From positions 45,253-109,252 of the forward strand of contig CAMUAR010000002.1 of the NCBI GenBank assembly GCA_947086895.1: a stretch of DNA of 64,000 bases, read 5' to 3'. The first letter of the stretch is position 1. The number at the start of each line of letters is the position of its first letter. The notes under the pieces were generated by a model. It was not told where the DNA came from. It saw only the letters and a list, made by a program, of their open reading frames with translations, and ran no database searches. This document shows, piece after piece, positions 19,611 to 29,407 of this stretch. The stretch comes from an uncultured Lachnospiraceae bacterium (GTDB taxonomy: Bacteria; Bacillota; Clostridia; Lachnospirales; Lachnospiraceae). The translations under genes and the position numbers were made by a program.

Positions 19611-21308
19611 ATGTCAAAATATATGGTAATTGACGGCGAGCAAGTTGAATTTGACAGCGAGCCGAACATCTTGGCAGTGGTAAGGAAAGCCGGAATTGAG
19701 CTGCCTACCTTCTGTTATTACCCGGAACTTTCCATCTACGGTGCATGCAGGATGTGTGTGGTGGAGGATGAGCGCGGTGGAATCATCGCTTCCTGCTCCA
19801 CTCCGCCCAAAGATGGAATGGTGATTCGGACAAACACTGCAAAGCTCCATCATCACAGAAAAATGATATTGGAACTTCTGCTCGCCTCCCACTGCAGGGA
19901 TTGTACTACCTGCGATAAAAGCGGAAAATGCCGCCTGCAGGAATTTGCCGCCCGCTTTGGCGTAGACCGGGTGCGTTTTAAAGGCAGCCTGTCGGAAGCT
20001 CCTTTGGACACTTCCTCCAAAGCGATTGTGCGCGATCCGTCCAAATGTATTTTGTGCGGCGACTGCGTCCGTATGTGCAGTGAAGTTCAGAATGTCGGCG
20101 CGATTGATTTCGCCCATCGCGGCTCCAAAATGATCGTCAGCCCTGCATTTGGAAAACCGATTGCCGAGACAAACTGTGTGAACTGCGGGCAGTGCGCGGC
20201 GGTTTGTCCAACCGGCGCAATCACGATAAAAAGCGATACAGAAGCTGTTTTTGCAGCGATTCACGATCTGAAAAAACGTGTTGTCGTACAAGTTGCGCCT
20301 GCTGTGCGCGTAGCGATCGGGGAAGAGTTCGGGCTTGCCGGAAGCAAAGATGAAATAGGAAAAATTTTCTCCGCTCTGCATCAGCTTGGTTTTGACGCTG
20401 CATTTGATACTTCGCTAAGCGCAGATTTAACAATTATGGAAGAAGCTGCGGAACTTCTTCACAAGCTTTCTTCGGGGGACAATAAATATCCGCTGTTCAC
20501 CTCCTGCTGCCCTGGATGGATTCGCTACGCGGAAACAAAACATCCTGAATTGATGTCTTACATTTCAACGTGCAAATCCCCAATGCAGATGTTTGCAGCA
20601 GTTTTGCGCGAGCACTTTGCTCCGATGGATGCTGAGGACGGCAGACAGACGATCTCTGTCGCTATTATGCCTTGTACCGCAAAGAAATTTGAAGCGTCCC
20701 GTGAAGAATTTATCACAGACGGCAGACCGGACGTCGATTTTGTTCTTACAACCACGGAACTTGCACGTATGATCCGGGAAGTCGGCATTCGCTTTGACAA
20801 GCTCTCCCCTGCACTTCCAGACGAGCCGTTTTCCACCTATTCTGGAGCCGGTGTAATCTTTGGCGTAACCGGAGGCGTCACGGAAGCCGCCGTCCGCCGT
20901 GTTGTGGACGACAAAGGCGAGAAATCTCTTGAAACAATCGAGTATCTTGGACTTCGCGGTTTGTCCGGCACGAAAGTCTGCGAGCTTCCTTATGGAGAAA
21001 AAACGCTTCGCATCGCTGTTGTAAATGGTCTTGGCAACGCAGAACAGCTGATTCAAAAAATTGAGTCCGGCGAAGAACACTTTGATTTTGTCGAGGTGAT
21101 GGCCTGCCCTGGCGGATGTATTGCCGGCGGCGGACAGCCGTACAGTCTATGCCCGGATAAAGCCGGACGCGCACAGGGTATTGCGGATGCTGACCATACT
21201 GCACCAATCAAACATTGTGAGAAAAATCCTGTGATTGCTTCTCTGTACGAAGGTATGTTAAAAGACCGCGCGCACGAACTGCTTCATGTACATTATCACG
21301 CAGAGTAA
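19611..21308 (+). CDS. hydA: [FeFe] hydrogenase catalytic subunit (group A, multimeric/bifurcating type)
   Basis: H-cluster motifs TSCCPGW, MPCTAKKFE and EVMACPGGCIAGGGQP. N-terminal 2Fe-2S and 4Fe-4S cysteine clusters. Confidence 0.9.
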   Translation: MSKYMVIDGEQVEFDSEPNILAVVRKAGIELPTFCYYPELSIYGACRMCVVEDERGGIIASCSTPPKDGMVIRTNTAKLHHHRKMILELLLASHCRDCTTCDKSGKCRLQEFAARFGVDRVRFKGSLSEAPLDTSSKAIVRDPSKCILCGDCVRMCSEVQNVGAIDFAHRGSKMIVSPAFGKPIAETNCVNCGQCAAVCPTGAITIKSDTEAVFAAIHDLKKRVVVQVAPAVRVAIGEEFGLAGSKDEIGKIFSALHQLGFDAAFDTSLSADLTIMEEAAELLHKLSSGDNKYPLFTSCCPGWIRYAETKHPELMSYISTCKSPMQMFAAVLREHFAPMDAEDGRQTISVAIMPCTAKKFEASREEFITDGRPDVDFVLTTTELARMIREVGIRFDKLSPALPDEPFSTYSGAGVIFGVTGGVTEAAVRRVVDDKGEKSLETIEYLGLRGLSGTKVCELPYGEKTLRIAVVNGLGNAEQLIQKIESGEEHFDFVEVMACPGGCIAGGGQPYSLCPDKAGRAQGIADADHTAPIKHCEKNPVIASLYEGMLKDRAHELLHVHYHAE

Positions 21309-21393
21309 ATTTCTAGTGGATTCAAAACCTTGAAATTTAAGATTTTCGAGGGACAGAGAGTCAAAATATCCTTATTTAAAAAGAATAATAAAA

Positions 21394-21441
21394 CAAGGAG
21401 ACGGAAAATCAACCTTAAAAAATTGATTTCCCGTCTCCTTG
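21394..21441. terminator. Bidirectional terminator between hydA and the FtsX permease gene
   Basis: Long hairpin: CAAGGAGACGG (21394..21404) pairs with CCGTCTCCTTG (21431..21441), with an inner GAAAATCAA/TTGATTTC stem. Confidence 0.65.
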
Positions 21442-21499
21442 TCTATTTAAATCCAAACCAAGAAAGTGGGACTTACACATTAAAAATGCCGCCCGCAAT

Positions 21500-22843
21500 T
21501 TAACCTTCATTCTTCATCGCTTCGATCGCACTGATTTTTGTCGCGCGTCTTGCCGGAATATAACCGGAAACCACCCCGACAATTACAGCCACAACAAGAG
21601 CGATAAACGGAAGCCAGAACGGTATCATACAATACGCCGCTCCTTCCTGCGCGCTCCCGCCAATCAGAGAAGTCAAAGAACCTAAAAACGCTCCGCCGTA
21701 CTTGTTAAGCAGATGAGCCAGCAGATAGCTTAACCCGACTCCAACAAGACCGCCGATAAATCCGATAATACCAGCCTCAAACAAAAAGAGCTTTTTAATA
21801 TCCCTGATATAGCAGCCAAGCACCTTCATAATACCGATTTCCTTCGTCCGCTCATAGATGGACATAATCATTGTATTTGCAATATTGATCGCTGCCACAA
21901 CAAACGCTACCGCGCCGATCGCGAGAAATACTTTCTGAAGCATTGCGGATGTATCCAACATCGGCTGTATGTACTCCATGGAACTTTCTGTCCGGTAACC
22001 AAGCTCTTTAATCTCCTCCTGCACTTTGGTAACATTCTTCATATTATCAACATTGATCTGAATGCTGCTGTAACTTTCCAGAGACTGCAATGCTTTTTTG
22101 CGGTTTGCCGCACCAAGAGTATAAGCATACTCTTTGTATAAGGATTTGTAAAACTCAAGATCCATATAACAATAATAGCCAAACTGCCAGTCATCACACT
22201 CTGCAAATTTCCCATAATCGCGGATCACATAATTAAACGCCTTCTTGCCGGAAGTGCTCTCCTCATAATAGTCGTCAAAAGAAAACGTAATTCGATCCCT
22301 TGTCAGATCAATTGTTTTTGTTTTTCTCTGTCTGCCTGACCAGTAGGAAAAATCCTGCAAAGCACTAAATCCATAGATAATAACCTCATTGTTTTCCGGG
22401 GTTGGATAACTGCCTGTCTCCAGCGCCGGGAACCCAAAGTCCTCCCATGTAGAACAATCCATAATCCTCATCTGCGACCATGAATAGTACTTTCCACATT
22501 TCAGCTGAATGCTTTTTTCAATTACCGGAGATACTGCGCGCACATGCTTGATATCACGAATCTGCTGAATCAGCCCGTCATCCAGCTTCTGCGTATATTG
22601 CTGGTACTCTCCATTCTCATCCGGCGCCCATGAATTTGTGTAGATATTGATAATTGTCATACTGCCGTTTTCCATAATCTGCTGCTCGAAATTATAATTT
22701 AACCCCTGTCCGATCGCGACCATAAGCATAATCGAGATGGTTCCAATAATAACGCCGATTACGGTAAGTGCAGTTCTCGCTTTGCGTCTGCCAAGATTGC
22801 GCAGACCCATTTTGATCAAGTCACTAATCCTCATACGAATCAA
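21500..22843 (-). CDS. ABC transporter permease, FtsX/MacB type
   Basis: N-terminal TM after RNLGRRKARTALT, a large extracytoplasmic domain of about 250 aa, and three C-terminal TMs ending ...PARRATKISAIEAMK, a typical FtsX-family end. Confidence 0.85.
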   Translation of the reverse strand: MIRMRISDLIKMGLRNLGRRKARTALTVIGVIIGTISIMLMVAIGQGLNYNFEQQIMENGSMTIINIYTNSWAPDENGEYQQYTQKLDDGLIQQIRDIKHVRAVSPVIEKSIQLKCGKYYSWSQMRIMDCSTWEDFGFPALETGSYPTPENNEVIIYGFSALQDFSYWSGRQRKTKTIDLTRDRITFSFDDYYEESTSGKKAFNYVIRDYGKFAECDDWQFGYYCYMDLEFYKSLYKEYAYTLGAANRKKALQSLESYSSIQINVDNMKNVTKVQEEIKELGYRTESSMEYIQPMLDTSAMLQKVFLAIGAVAFVVAAINIANTMIMSIYERTKEIGIMKVLGCYIRDIKKLFLFEAGIIGFIGGLVGVGLSYLLAHLLNKYGGAFLGSLTSLIGGSAQEGAAYCMIPFWLPFIALVVAVIVGVVSGYIPARRATKISAIEAMKNEG

Positions 22844-23117
22844 ATCCTTTTTTAATTCTCTTCTTGCCGAGAAGGACGCCTAATACAATTCCTACAACAA
22901 GCATCGCAGATATTGTACCCGCAACAAAAGGAACACTGGATAATATCGGGTCTTTTGAGCCGGTTTCCGTCCCGGTCTCCCCCATACCATCCTCTCCTCC
23001 TATCATCCCAAAGCTATTGTCAAAAGTCATAACTTTTTCATTTATAATCTGACTGTCAACCGCTGAAAAAATAAAATCATTTCCCTGCATCTTTCCTCCC
23101 ATTCTGCCAAATGGCAC
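22824..23117 (-). CDS. Small membrane protein with a C-terminal TM, unknown function
   Basis: ORF lies between the 965-aa gene and the FtsX gene. The likelier start is ATG 23090 (GGGAGGAAAG RBS). Single TM VPFVAGTISAMLVVGIVLGVLLG followed by KKRIKK. Confidence 0.55.
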   Translation of the reverse strand: MPFGRMGGKMQGNDFIFSAVDSQIINEKVMTFDNSFGMIGGEDGMGETGTETGSKDPILSSVPFVAGTISAMLVVGIVLGVLLGKKRIKKGFDSYED

Positions 23118-23182
23118 TCTGCTTTGGCTTTCGGCTGCTGCAAAATTTTACAGCAGCCAAAAATTACTGTTTCCCGATCTAT

Positions 23183-26080
23183 TTAAAACTCTTCTGATCC
23201 CCTGTGTTTTTTCTTATATACTGCAATTATAATACCGCGTGTTACAAGCATACCGACAACAAGCGCGGCTGCAAGGCAGGCAATGTATGCCCAGACAGGC
23301 ATCAATGGCTCTTTTACCACATCATCCCCGCCGACCGGCATATCTCCGCCCATATTTGGGTCGTCAATTCCCGGATTCCAGTCAAAGTTCTGTTCTCCCT
23401 GCACATAAGTTTCTGGAAGTTCAAATTCCTTTGTCACCTCATCACCGTTGCTGTCCTCAAAATGAACGATCAGTTTTCCTTTTGCAGTTCCCTCCACGGT
23501 CGGGATAATTGAAATTTCCTGATAATTGCTGCTGCCTGCGCTGACGGAACCGATAATCTGCGATGTTCCGGTCTCCATCTTAAAATCCCCCTCAAGCGTC
23601 ACATAAACATTGTTGAGCGCTGATTTGCCCATATTGTAAAAGTCAAACATCAAGGTGGTCGCCTGATTGATTGTCGCGGTATCCCATCCATAACCAATCG
23701 CAAGATTCTGTACAGCCGGACGTGAATTCTCAACCGCCTGCAATTTAATTGGAAGCTCTTCTGTCGCGCCGCCCGCCTGCAAATCTGCCTGCGACATATC
23801 ATCGTACTCGTAGCCGACTTTAATCTTTAAATCGTAAGCTCCCGTCGCGGTATCGGATTTTACTTTTAATTTGATGGTATGTTCCATCGTCGCGCCCGGT
23901 TCAATCGCATCGACATAAAAGCTGTTGCTTCCTGTCGTCGCAGAAAATATATCCTGCTCTTGAAGTACAGTAACTGTAATATTTTTTGCTGTTTTGGAAG
24001 CATGAGTATTTTTTAATACAAATGTAAACTCAAAACTTTCACCTGCACGAAGCTCGTCAGCACTTGTGGAAAAACTATCCACAATCAGCTTTGGCTTTCC
24101 GCTTGTAGCGGCAGCTTTGCTTTTTACATTTAAAATATACATTGCAGTTTCCTCGGTCTGAATATCGCCGTTTCCATCCTTATAGCTAAGCTCTAACTTC
24201 AGCATATTAAAGCCTTCTGCAATCTCCTCGCCGACCTTAAACGTCATAGAAACTTTTTTTGACGCACCCGGCGCAATCGTTCCGACTTTTGTGTATACTT
24301 CCGAATTGACCGGCTCAAAATTATTGCTGGCAAGATTTAAACCGCGGAACTTTACTTCTGTAATCTCCTTTGTACCATTGTTGGTAACGGTAAACGAAAC
24401 GGTAACATTCTCCCCGCCGATTGGAGAGGACGGACTCTGAGAAATCCCACTGATTGCAACACTGTTTTTAATCTGCTCTTCGGTCACTTTCTTAACATTT
24501 AAAATATAAACGGTTGTGCTTTCCTTCTGCTGCGCATCGTTCGCGTCCACGTAGGAAGCAGCAAGGTGCAGTTCGTTCATTCCTTCTGGAATACTGCTGC
24601 CAAGCCGGAACTTCATTGTCACCTCTTTCGCTTCACCCTTTTTCAGCACGCCGATTTTATTTCTTACATCCGCGCTTAACGGCTCAAAGCCATTGCTTGA
24701 AAGCTCTTCTCCATAAATCTGCAAATCCGAAATATCATTGCTGCCGTTGTTTGTGACTGTGAACTTTACAGTTACAACATCCCCCGCCATCAACTGCTCT
24801 GGAGACTGCGTAACATTGCTGATTACAACCGCGTTCTTCACTTCTGGCTTCGGCTTTTCCTCCGCCTGTTTTACTGTGATATAGGCTTTTGCCACCGTCA
24901 TTAGCTTATTGCCTGCACTGTCCTCATAATTTACCAAAATATCCAGCTCACGCAGTCCCGCGGAAGCAGATTTTGTGATGGAAAGCGGAATGGAAACCTT
25001 CGCCTTATCGCCGGCATTCACATACTCGACCGGCACACCCTCAGCACCGTACTCAGGAAGGATTCCCGCCTCAGCGCCAATGCCTTTCTGCACAAGAACA
25101 AAAATATTTTCCGCTGTTCTCTTGCCGACATTCTCAAGTTCGATCTCAAGATTCAGCGTGTTGTTTACATCCACTTCAACATTTAATTTATCGGATGTCG
25201 CGGTCAGTTTCGCATCGTTCGTCTCGGCTGTGTTTACAGCTACCACGTTAATATACTGCTCAACGGTCGCCAACGGCTTTTTTTCACCATTTTCGTCCTG
25301 GTATTCATAAGTAACCTTAATTGTTTTTAGTCCGACAGTTGCCGTTGGAAGCACGCGCAGCGAAAGCTCATGATGCATATTTGTTCCGGCGCGGACATCG
25401 CCAAGCTTCATTGTCGGCACGCTGTAATCAGCCACAATGCCGCTCTCGCCGTAATCCACAGTCATAAATGTATTATAAGCTGTAATCTCACCTGCATTTT
25501 TTGTGTCAAACTCAAGTTTGAACCTGGAGCCGATTGCAGAAGCATTCTCATCGTACTTAAAGTTCTGCACGGTCATCTGCGCCGGCGCTTTCTGTCCAAC
25601 TACGCGGATCTGAAATGGAAGTGTAGCTCCATTCACTTGCTGCATTTCACCGCCAAAAACCTCAAATTTCATTCCAGTAAAACTAAATTTAATTTCTGCA
25701 TTGTATGTACCAATCAGCACGCTGTCCTTTAATGTAAGGTCAAACTCCACATAAGTTTCCGCCTGCGTGCTGTCCGATGTAATGCGTTTTACCTCCTGTC
25801 CATTGCAGGTCAGTTTTGCATCGGTTGTATCAAAAATCTTATCATCCGTTGTAACTGTCGCAAAAACATCCGAACTGATGGTTAAATTCTCTACTGCCTT
25901 AATCGGTATTCTAAAATGTGACGTGCCGCCCGCAGCCATTGGATAAAGCGTTTTTGTCCCTGGTATCATATAGATATCGCCGCTCGCAGCGTCCGCCGCC
26001 TTTGCGGTCACCAAGCCTCCAAAACCGGATACAATCATTGCACAGATCAAAAACAGTGCAAAAAATTTCCTTCTTTTCAT
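23183..26080 (-). CDS. Large cell-surface protein with seven CARDB / COG1361-like beta-sandwich modules, a signal peptide and a C-terminal TM anchor
   Basis: Signal peptide MKRRKFFALFLICAMIVSGFGGLVTAKA. About seven modules of 105-125 aa, for example ...ISNVTQSP..GDVVTVKFTVTNNG...YILNVK. C-terminal TM WAYIACLAAALVVGMLV plus a basic tail. Confidence 0.7.
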   Translation of the reverse strand: MKRRKFFALFLICAMIVSGFGGLVTAKAADAASGDIYMIPGTKTLYPMAAGGTSHFRIPIKAVENLTISSDVFATVTTDDKIFDTTDAKLTCNGQEVKRITSDSTQAETYVEFDLTLKDSVLIGTYNAEIKFSFTGMKFEVFGGEMQQVNGATLPFQIRVVGQKAPAQMTVQNFKYDENASAIGSRFKLEFDTKNAGEITAYNTFMTVDYGESGIVADYSVPTMKLGDVRAGTNMHHELSLRVLPTATVGLKTIKVTYEYQDENGEKKPLATVEQYINVVAVNTAETNDAKLTATSDKLNVEVDVNNTLNLEIELENVGKRTAENIFVLVQKGIGAEAGILPEYGAEGVPVEYVNAGDKAKVSIPLSITKSASAGLRELDILVNYEDSAGNKLMTVAKAYITVKQAEEKPKPEVKNAVVISNVTQSPEQLMAGDVVTVKFTVTNNGSNDISDLQIYGEELSSNGFEPLSADVRNKIGVLKKGEAKEVTMKFRLGSSIPEGMNELHLAASYVDANDAQQKESTTVYILNVKKVTEEQIKNSVAISGISQSPSSPIGGENVTVSFTVTNNGTKEITEVKFRGLNLASNNFEPVNSEVYTKVGTIAPGASKKVSMTFKVGEEIAEGFNMLKLELSYKDGNGDIQTEETAMYILNVKSKAAATSGKPKLIVDSFSTSADELRAGESFEFTFVLKNTHASKTAKNITVTVLQEQDIFSATTGSNSFYVDAIEPGATMEHTIKLKVKSDTATGAYDLKIKVGYEYDDMSQADLQAGGATEELPIKLQAVENSRPAVQNLAIGYGWDTATINQATTLMFDFYNMGKSALNNVYVTLEGDFKMETGTSQIIGSVSAGSSNYQEISIIPTVEGTAKGKLIVHFEDSNGDEVTKEFELPETYVQGEQNFDWNPGIDDPNMGGDMPVGGDDVVKEPLMPVWAYIACLAAALVVGMLVTRGIIIAVYKKKHRGSEEF

Positions 26081-27099
26081 AAAGATGATTCCTCCTTCTT
26101 CCCCTTCCTTCGACCAGCTTTCTTATTTGGCTCATTATTTTTTGCCGTCTCTGGTCTATTTCCTTCTGGTGTTTTTTGTTTATCATTCTCTTCTTCTTTT
26201 GTTTCATTTTCAACTGCTGTTTTATTTTCCAAAATTGGTATACCAGAATTTTCTGTGTTTTCCTGTACTGAATTTTTTGTATCTGGCATGGTTAAGTTTT
26301 CCTGTTTTTCTTTTGTCGCCGCAGATTCCTGACTTTCTTTTTCCGACTCAAACTCATCAATTGGATGCTCGATCAGCTCCACGCTCTGAATCTTTCCGTC
26401 AAGGATATGTATAATCTTATCTGCAAAATCTGCCAAGCGCGGATCGTGTGTAACCATCACAATGGTCTGGTTGTTATCTCTGGCAATCTGTTTGATCAGT
26501 TTCATAACTTCCATTGTCGTTCTTGTATCAAGGTTTCCCGTCGGCTCATCCGCAAACACAATCTCCGGCTTTGCAACAAACGCCCTGGCAATACCGACGC
26601 GCTGCTGCTGCCCGCCGCTCATCTGCTTTGGACGATGGTTGATTCTTGTGCCAAGCCCTACTTTTATCAGCATATCCTTCGCCATTTTCCGGCGCTTTCT
26701 TGATGGGATCCGCTTAAATACAAGCGGAAATTCCACATTTTCCAACGCTGTCATAGAATTTAACAGGTTATATGACTGAAATACAAATCCAAGGTAGCGT
26801 TGTCTGAATTTTGCAAGCTGCTTCTCCGACATCTTGCGGATATTCTTTCCCTTAATTAATATCGCTCCGCCGGACGCTTTCTCAATCCCAGCCATCAAAT
26901 TCAGCAATGTTGATTTTCCTGAACCCGAAGTACCAAGCAGACAGCAAAACTCACCTTTTTCAATATCGAAACTGACATCATCAACTGCGTTGATTCGCTC
27001 GCTTCCCATACGGTAAACCTTTTTCACATTTTTTATCTCAATCACAGGCGGCTTCTTTTTTTCTGCCCCTGCCGTTTTTTGATCTGACACTTTCTCCAA
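26077..27099 (-). CDS. ABC transporter ATP-binding protein (MacB/LolD type) with a Lys/Glu/Asn-rich C-terminal tail of about 110 aa
   Basis: Walker A GTSGSGKST, signature MSGGQQQRV, Walker B VFADEPTGNLD. TTG start with a GAGGGTG RBS. The 3' end overlaps the next gene by 4 nt. Confidence 0.9.
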   Translation of the reverse strand: MEKVSDQKTAGAEKKKPPVIEIKNVKKVYRMGSERINAVDDVSFDIEKGEFCCLLGTSGSGKSTLLNLMAGIEKASGGAILIKGKNIRKMSEKQLAKFRQRYLGFVFQSYNLLNSMTALENVEFPLVFKRIPSRKRRKMAKDMLIKVGLGTRINHRPKQMSGGQQQRVGIARAFVAKPEIVFADEPTGNLDTRTTMEVMKLIKQIARDNNQTIVMVTHDPRLADFADKIIHILDGKIQSVELIEHPIDEFESEKESQESAATKEKQENLTMPDTKNSVQENTENSGIPILENKTAVENETKEEENDKQKTPEGNRPETAKNNEPNKKAGRRKGKKEESSL

Positions 27100-27481
27100 T
27101 ATTTCACCCTCTTTCCGTGTTCCACTAGAAGCAATCCTTTATCAAAACTTCCTCTCATAAAATACTATATAAATATTAAAAATCCAATCTTTATTTCTTA
27201 AGTTTCTCTTAAAATTGTGTTACTAAATGTTACGTGGCATTTTTTTGTACTTATTGCCAAAGATACGGATGTATTTTTTCTTCCTTTATTTGGAGAAGAA
27301 CACAGTCCGCTCAGGAAAATGCTCTTCCTTTCGGTCAAACATGAATCAGCATATTATAATAAGCGGCTGCTGCAAGACAGCATTCTCTACAAAATACGGC
27401 ATTTAACCATACATTGCAGAAATTCTGCATTTTGCAACAGCCATTATATTTTAATATATAAATTTTTCTTTTACTGCAATA

Positions 27482-28711
27482 TTATATTGAATCGACAAAT
27501 TCTGCCTCTTCATCAGTTTCATCTACCACAGAATGTTTTTTTGCCCGCCCCAATTTTTTCGCGTCTTTTCTGCGATCGACAAACCTGTTAAAGACTTTCT
27601 GGAAATAAGCTCCGATTGGAACTGCAAGCAGCATTCCCAAAACTCCGCCGATCGCGCTTCCAAAAATCAGCAGAATAACGACAAGCAGCGGATGAATTCT
27701 TACACTTTTTCCTAAAAGTTTTGCCTCGATAATATTTCCGTCCAATGTCTGGATAATAAACAGCGCGATCAAAGATGCAACCATCACATCATATTTTCCC
27801 TCCACAACAGAGATAATAATAATGCTTCCATATCCGACAAACGGTCCTAAATACGGCACTAAATTTGCCAGTCCTGTAAGCAGTCCAATAATCGGCGCCA
27901 AACTGATTCCGGTTAAAAGCATCGCTGTTCCGGTGGCAAAAATCATAAAAGTAACATCGAGCAGCTGCCCGCGGATATAGCCGGAAAATACCTCGTCCAA
28001 ATCCCTTAAAACAGAGCGCACTTTGGAGTTTGTCTTATCCGAGAACACGGCGTCCGTCACCCCGGCAAAATAGGCGGTAATCGAATTGCCGTCAATCATA
28101 AAATATATCCCGATAATCAGCCCAAACATCACGGTTGTAACATAACCGGAAATATTTGTGACCGACCCAATCACCCCGTCCGCGACCGACTGGATAAATC
28201 CCATCACGCTGGAGGAAAGACCGTTTATAAAGTTTGTGATCTGTTCGGAATGAATATCCAGATCTTTGAGCTTTTCCATCATCACGCCATAAAAATCGGT
28301 TACGCTCTTTGTCAAAGCCGAGATCGCCCCAAACAATTCATCCAGATTTGCCACCTGCAGCTGATTTGTCACACTGTACACAATTGCAGACACAATCGCA
28401 GTTATAATCAATAAAAGCAGCAAAATTACTGTAATAACACTCAGCACGCGCCCCGATTTTCTCAGAGCGCGCACTTTCATATATTTTTCTGTAAAAAAGT
28501 CATTGAGCGGTTTTAAAATATATGCCATAACAAATCCAAAAATTATCGGCTTTGCCACACCGACGATCCAGTTTACTGCCTGCATCACCGATGAAAAAAT
28601 CTGCGGCGCATGGTCGGTCAACTGGTCAATCACCTTTATTACAAGCACAGCCACAGCCAAAAAAGCTGTCATTCGGACGTACCTTTTGTTAATCTTGCCT
28701 TTCCAACTCAT
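27482..28711 (-). CDS. AI-2E family transporter (PerM-like)
   Basis: Polytopic membrane protein with the family-typical ...LANLVPYLGPFVGY... segment. Confidence 0.8.
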   Translation of the reverse strand: MSWKGKINKRYVRMTAFLAVAVLVIKVIDQLTDHAPQIFSSVMQAVNWIVGVAKPIIFGFVMAYILKPLNDFFTEKYMKVRALRKSGRVLSVITVILLLLLIITAIVSAIVYSVTNQLQVANLDELFGAISALTKSVTDFYGVMMEKLKDLDIHSEQITNFINGLSSSVMGFIQSVADGVIGSVTNISGYVTTVMFGLIIGIYFMIDGNSITAYFAGVTDAVFSDKTNSKVRSVLRDLDEVFSGYIRGQLLDVTFMIFATGTAMLLTGISLAPIIGLLTGLANLVPYLGPFVGYGSIIIISVVEGKYDVMVASLIALFIIQTLDGNIIEAKLLGKSVRIHPLLVVILLIFGSAIGGVLGMLLAVPIGAYFQKVFNRFVDRRKDAKKLGRAKKHSVVDETDEEAEFVDSI

Positions 28712-29331
28712 TTATTAGCCTTTCCGCCCTCGATAAATTGCTGGATTACCTCGACTGTATGATCGATTCCCGCATAGCTGCTGTTGACGGATAAGTGATA
28801 GTTCTCCGCCCTGCCCCACTTTTCGCTTGCATGATAATTGTAATAATTTGCACGGCGCTTATCAATCTTTAAAATATTTTCTTCCGCCTTGTTCTCCGCA
28901 AGACCGTCAACGCGGATCGCGCGCTCAATGCGGAACTTAATATCTGCCCACACAAAAATATTTACAACATTCTCCATATCCTTTAAAATATAGTCCGCAC
29001 AGCGCCCTACAATAATACATGGACCTTCTGCTGCTACCTTGCGGATCACATCCGACTGTGCCAGATAAATTCTGTCGTCAAGCGAGAGATGGGAAAACCC
29101 AAGTTCCTGATTGCCGTAAGAATTCATTCCCATTGCAATCGAGTACAAAAGACTGTTCGATGCCTTTTTTTCTGCATTTTCAAACGCAGCCTCCGCAAAA
29201 CCACTCTCCTTGGCCGCTCTTGTAATCAGCTCATTGTCATAAAATGGTATGCCCAATTTCTCCGCTAACTTCTTTCCAATCTCGCGCCCGCCGCTTCCAT
29301 ACTGCCTGCTTATCGTAATCACTTTATTCAT
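28708..29331 (-). CDS. Cytidylate kinase-like family protein
   Basis: N-terminus MNKVITISRQYGSGGREIGKKLAEKLGIPFYD is typical of the cytidylate-kinase-like (Cytidylate_kin2) family. Confidence 0.75.
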   Translation of the reverse strand: MNKVITISRQYGSGGREIGKKLAEKLGIPFYDNELITRAAKESGFAEAAFENAEKKASNSLLYSIAMGMNSYGNQELGFSHLSLDDRIYLAQSDVIRKVAAEGPCIIVGRCADYILKDMENVVNIFVWADIKFRIERAIRVDGLAENKAEENILKIDKRRANYYNYHASEKWGRAENYHLSVNSSYAGIDHTVEVIQQFIEGGKANK

Positions 29332-29407
29332 AACAAACCTCCGTTCCTATCCGGTATCAACCTTCTTTTTTTAATTTTACCATAAAATTCTGAAAAATAA
29401 AACCATT

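Noticed and set aside
19614-20381. 255-aa antisense ORF inside hydA, and similar long antisense ORFs at 1532..2203, 39508..40110, 54953..55501 and 36193..37094
   Set aside because: Each lies opposite a gene with unmistakable family motifs. They are shadow ORFs.
27217-27591. 124-aa plus-strand ORF in the spacer upstream of the ABC operon
   Set aside because: The sequence is AT-rich and low-complexity with no RBS, overlaps the 3' end of the AI-2E gene, and lies in what must be the promoter region of the minus-strand operon.
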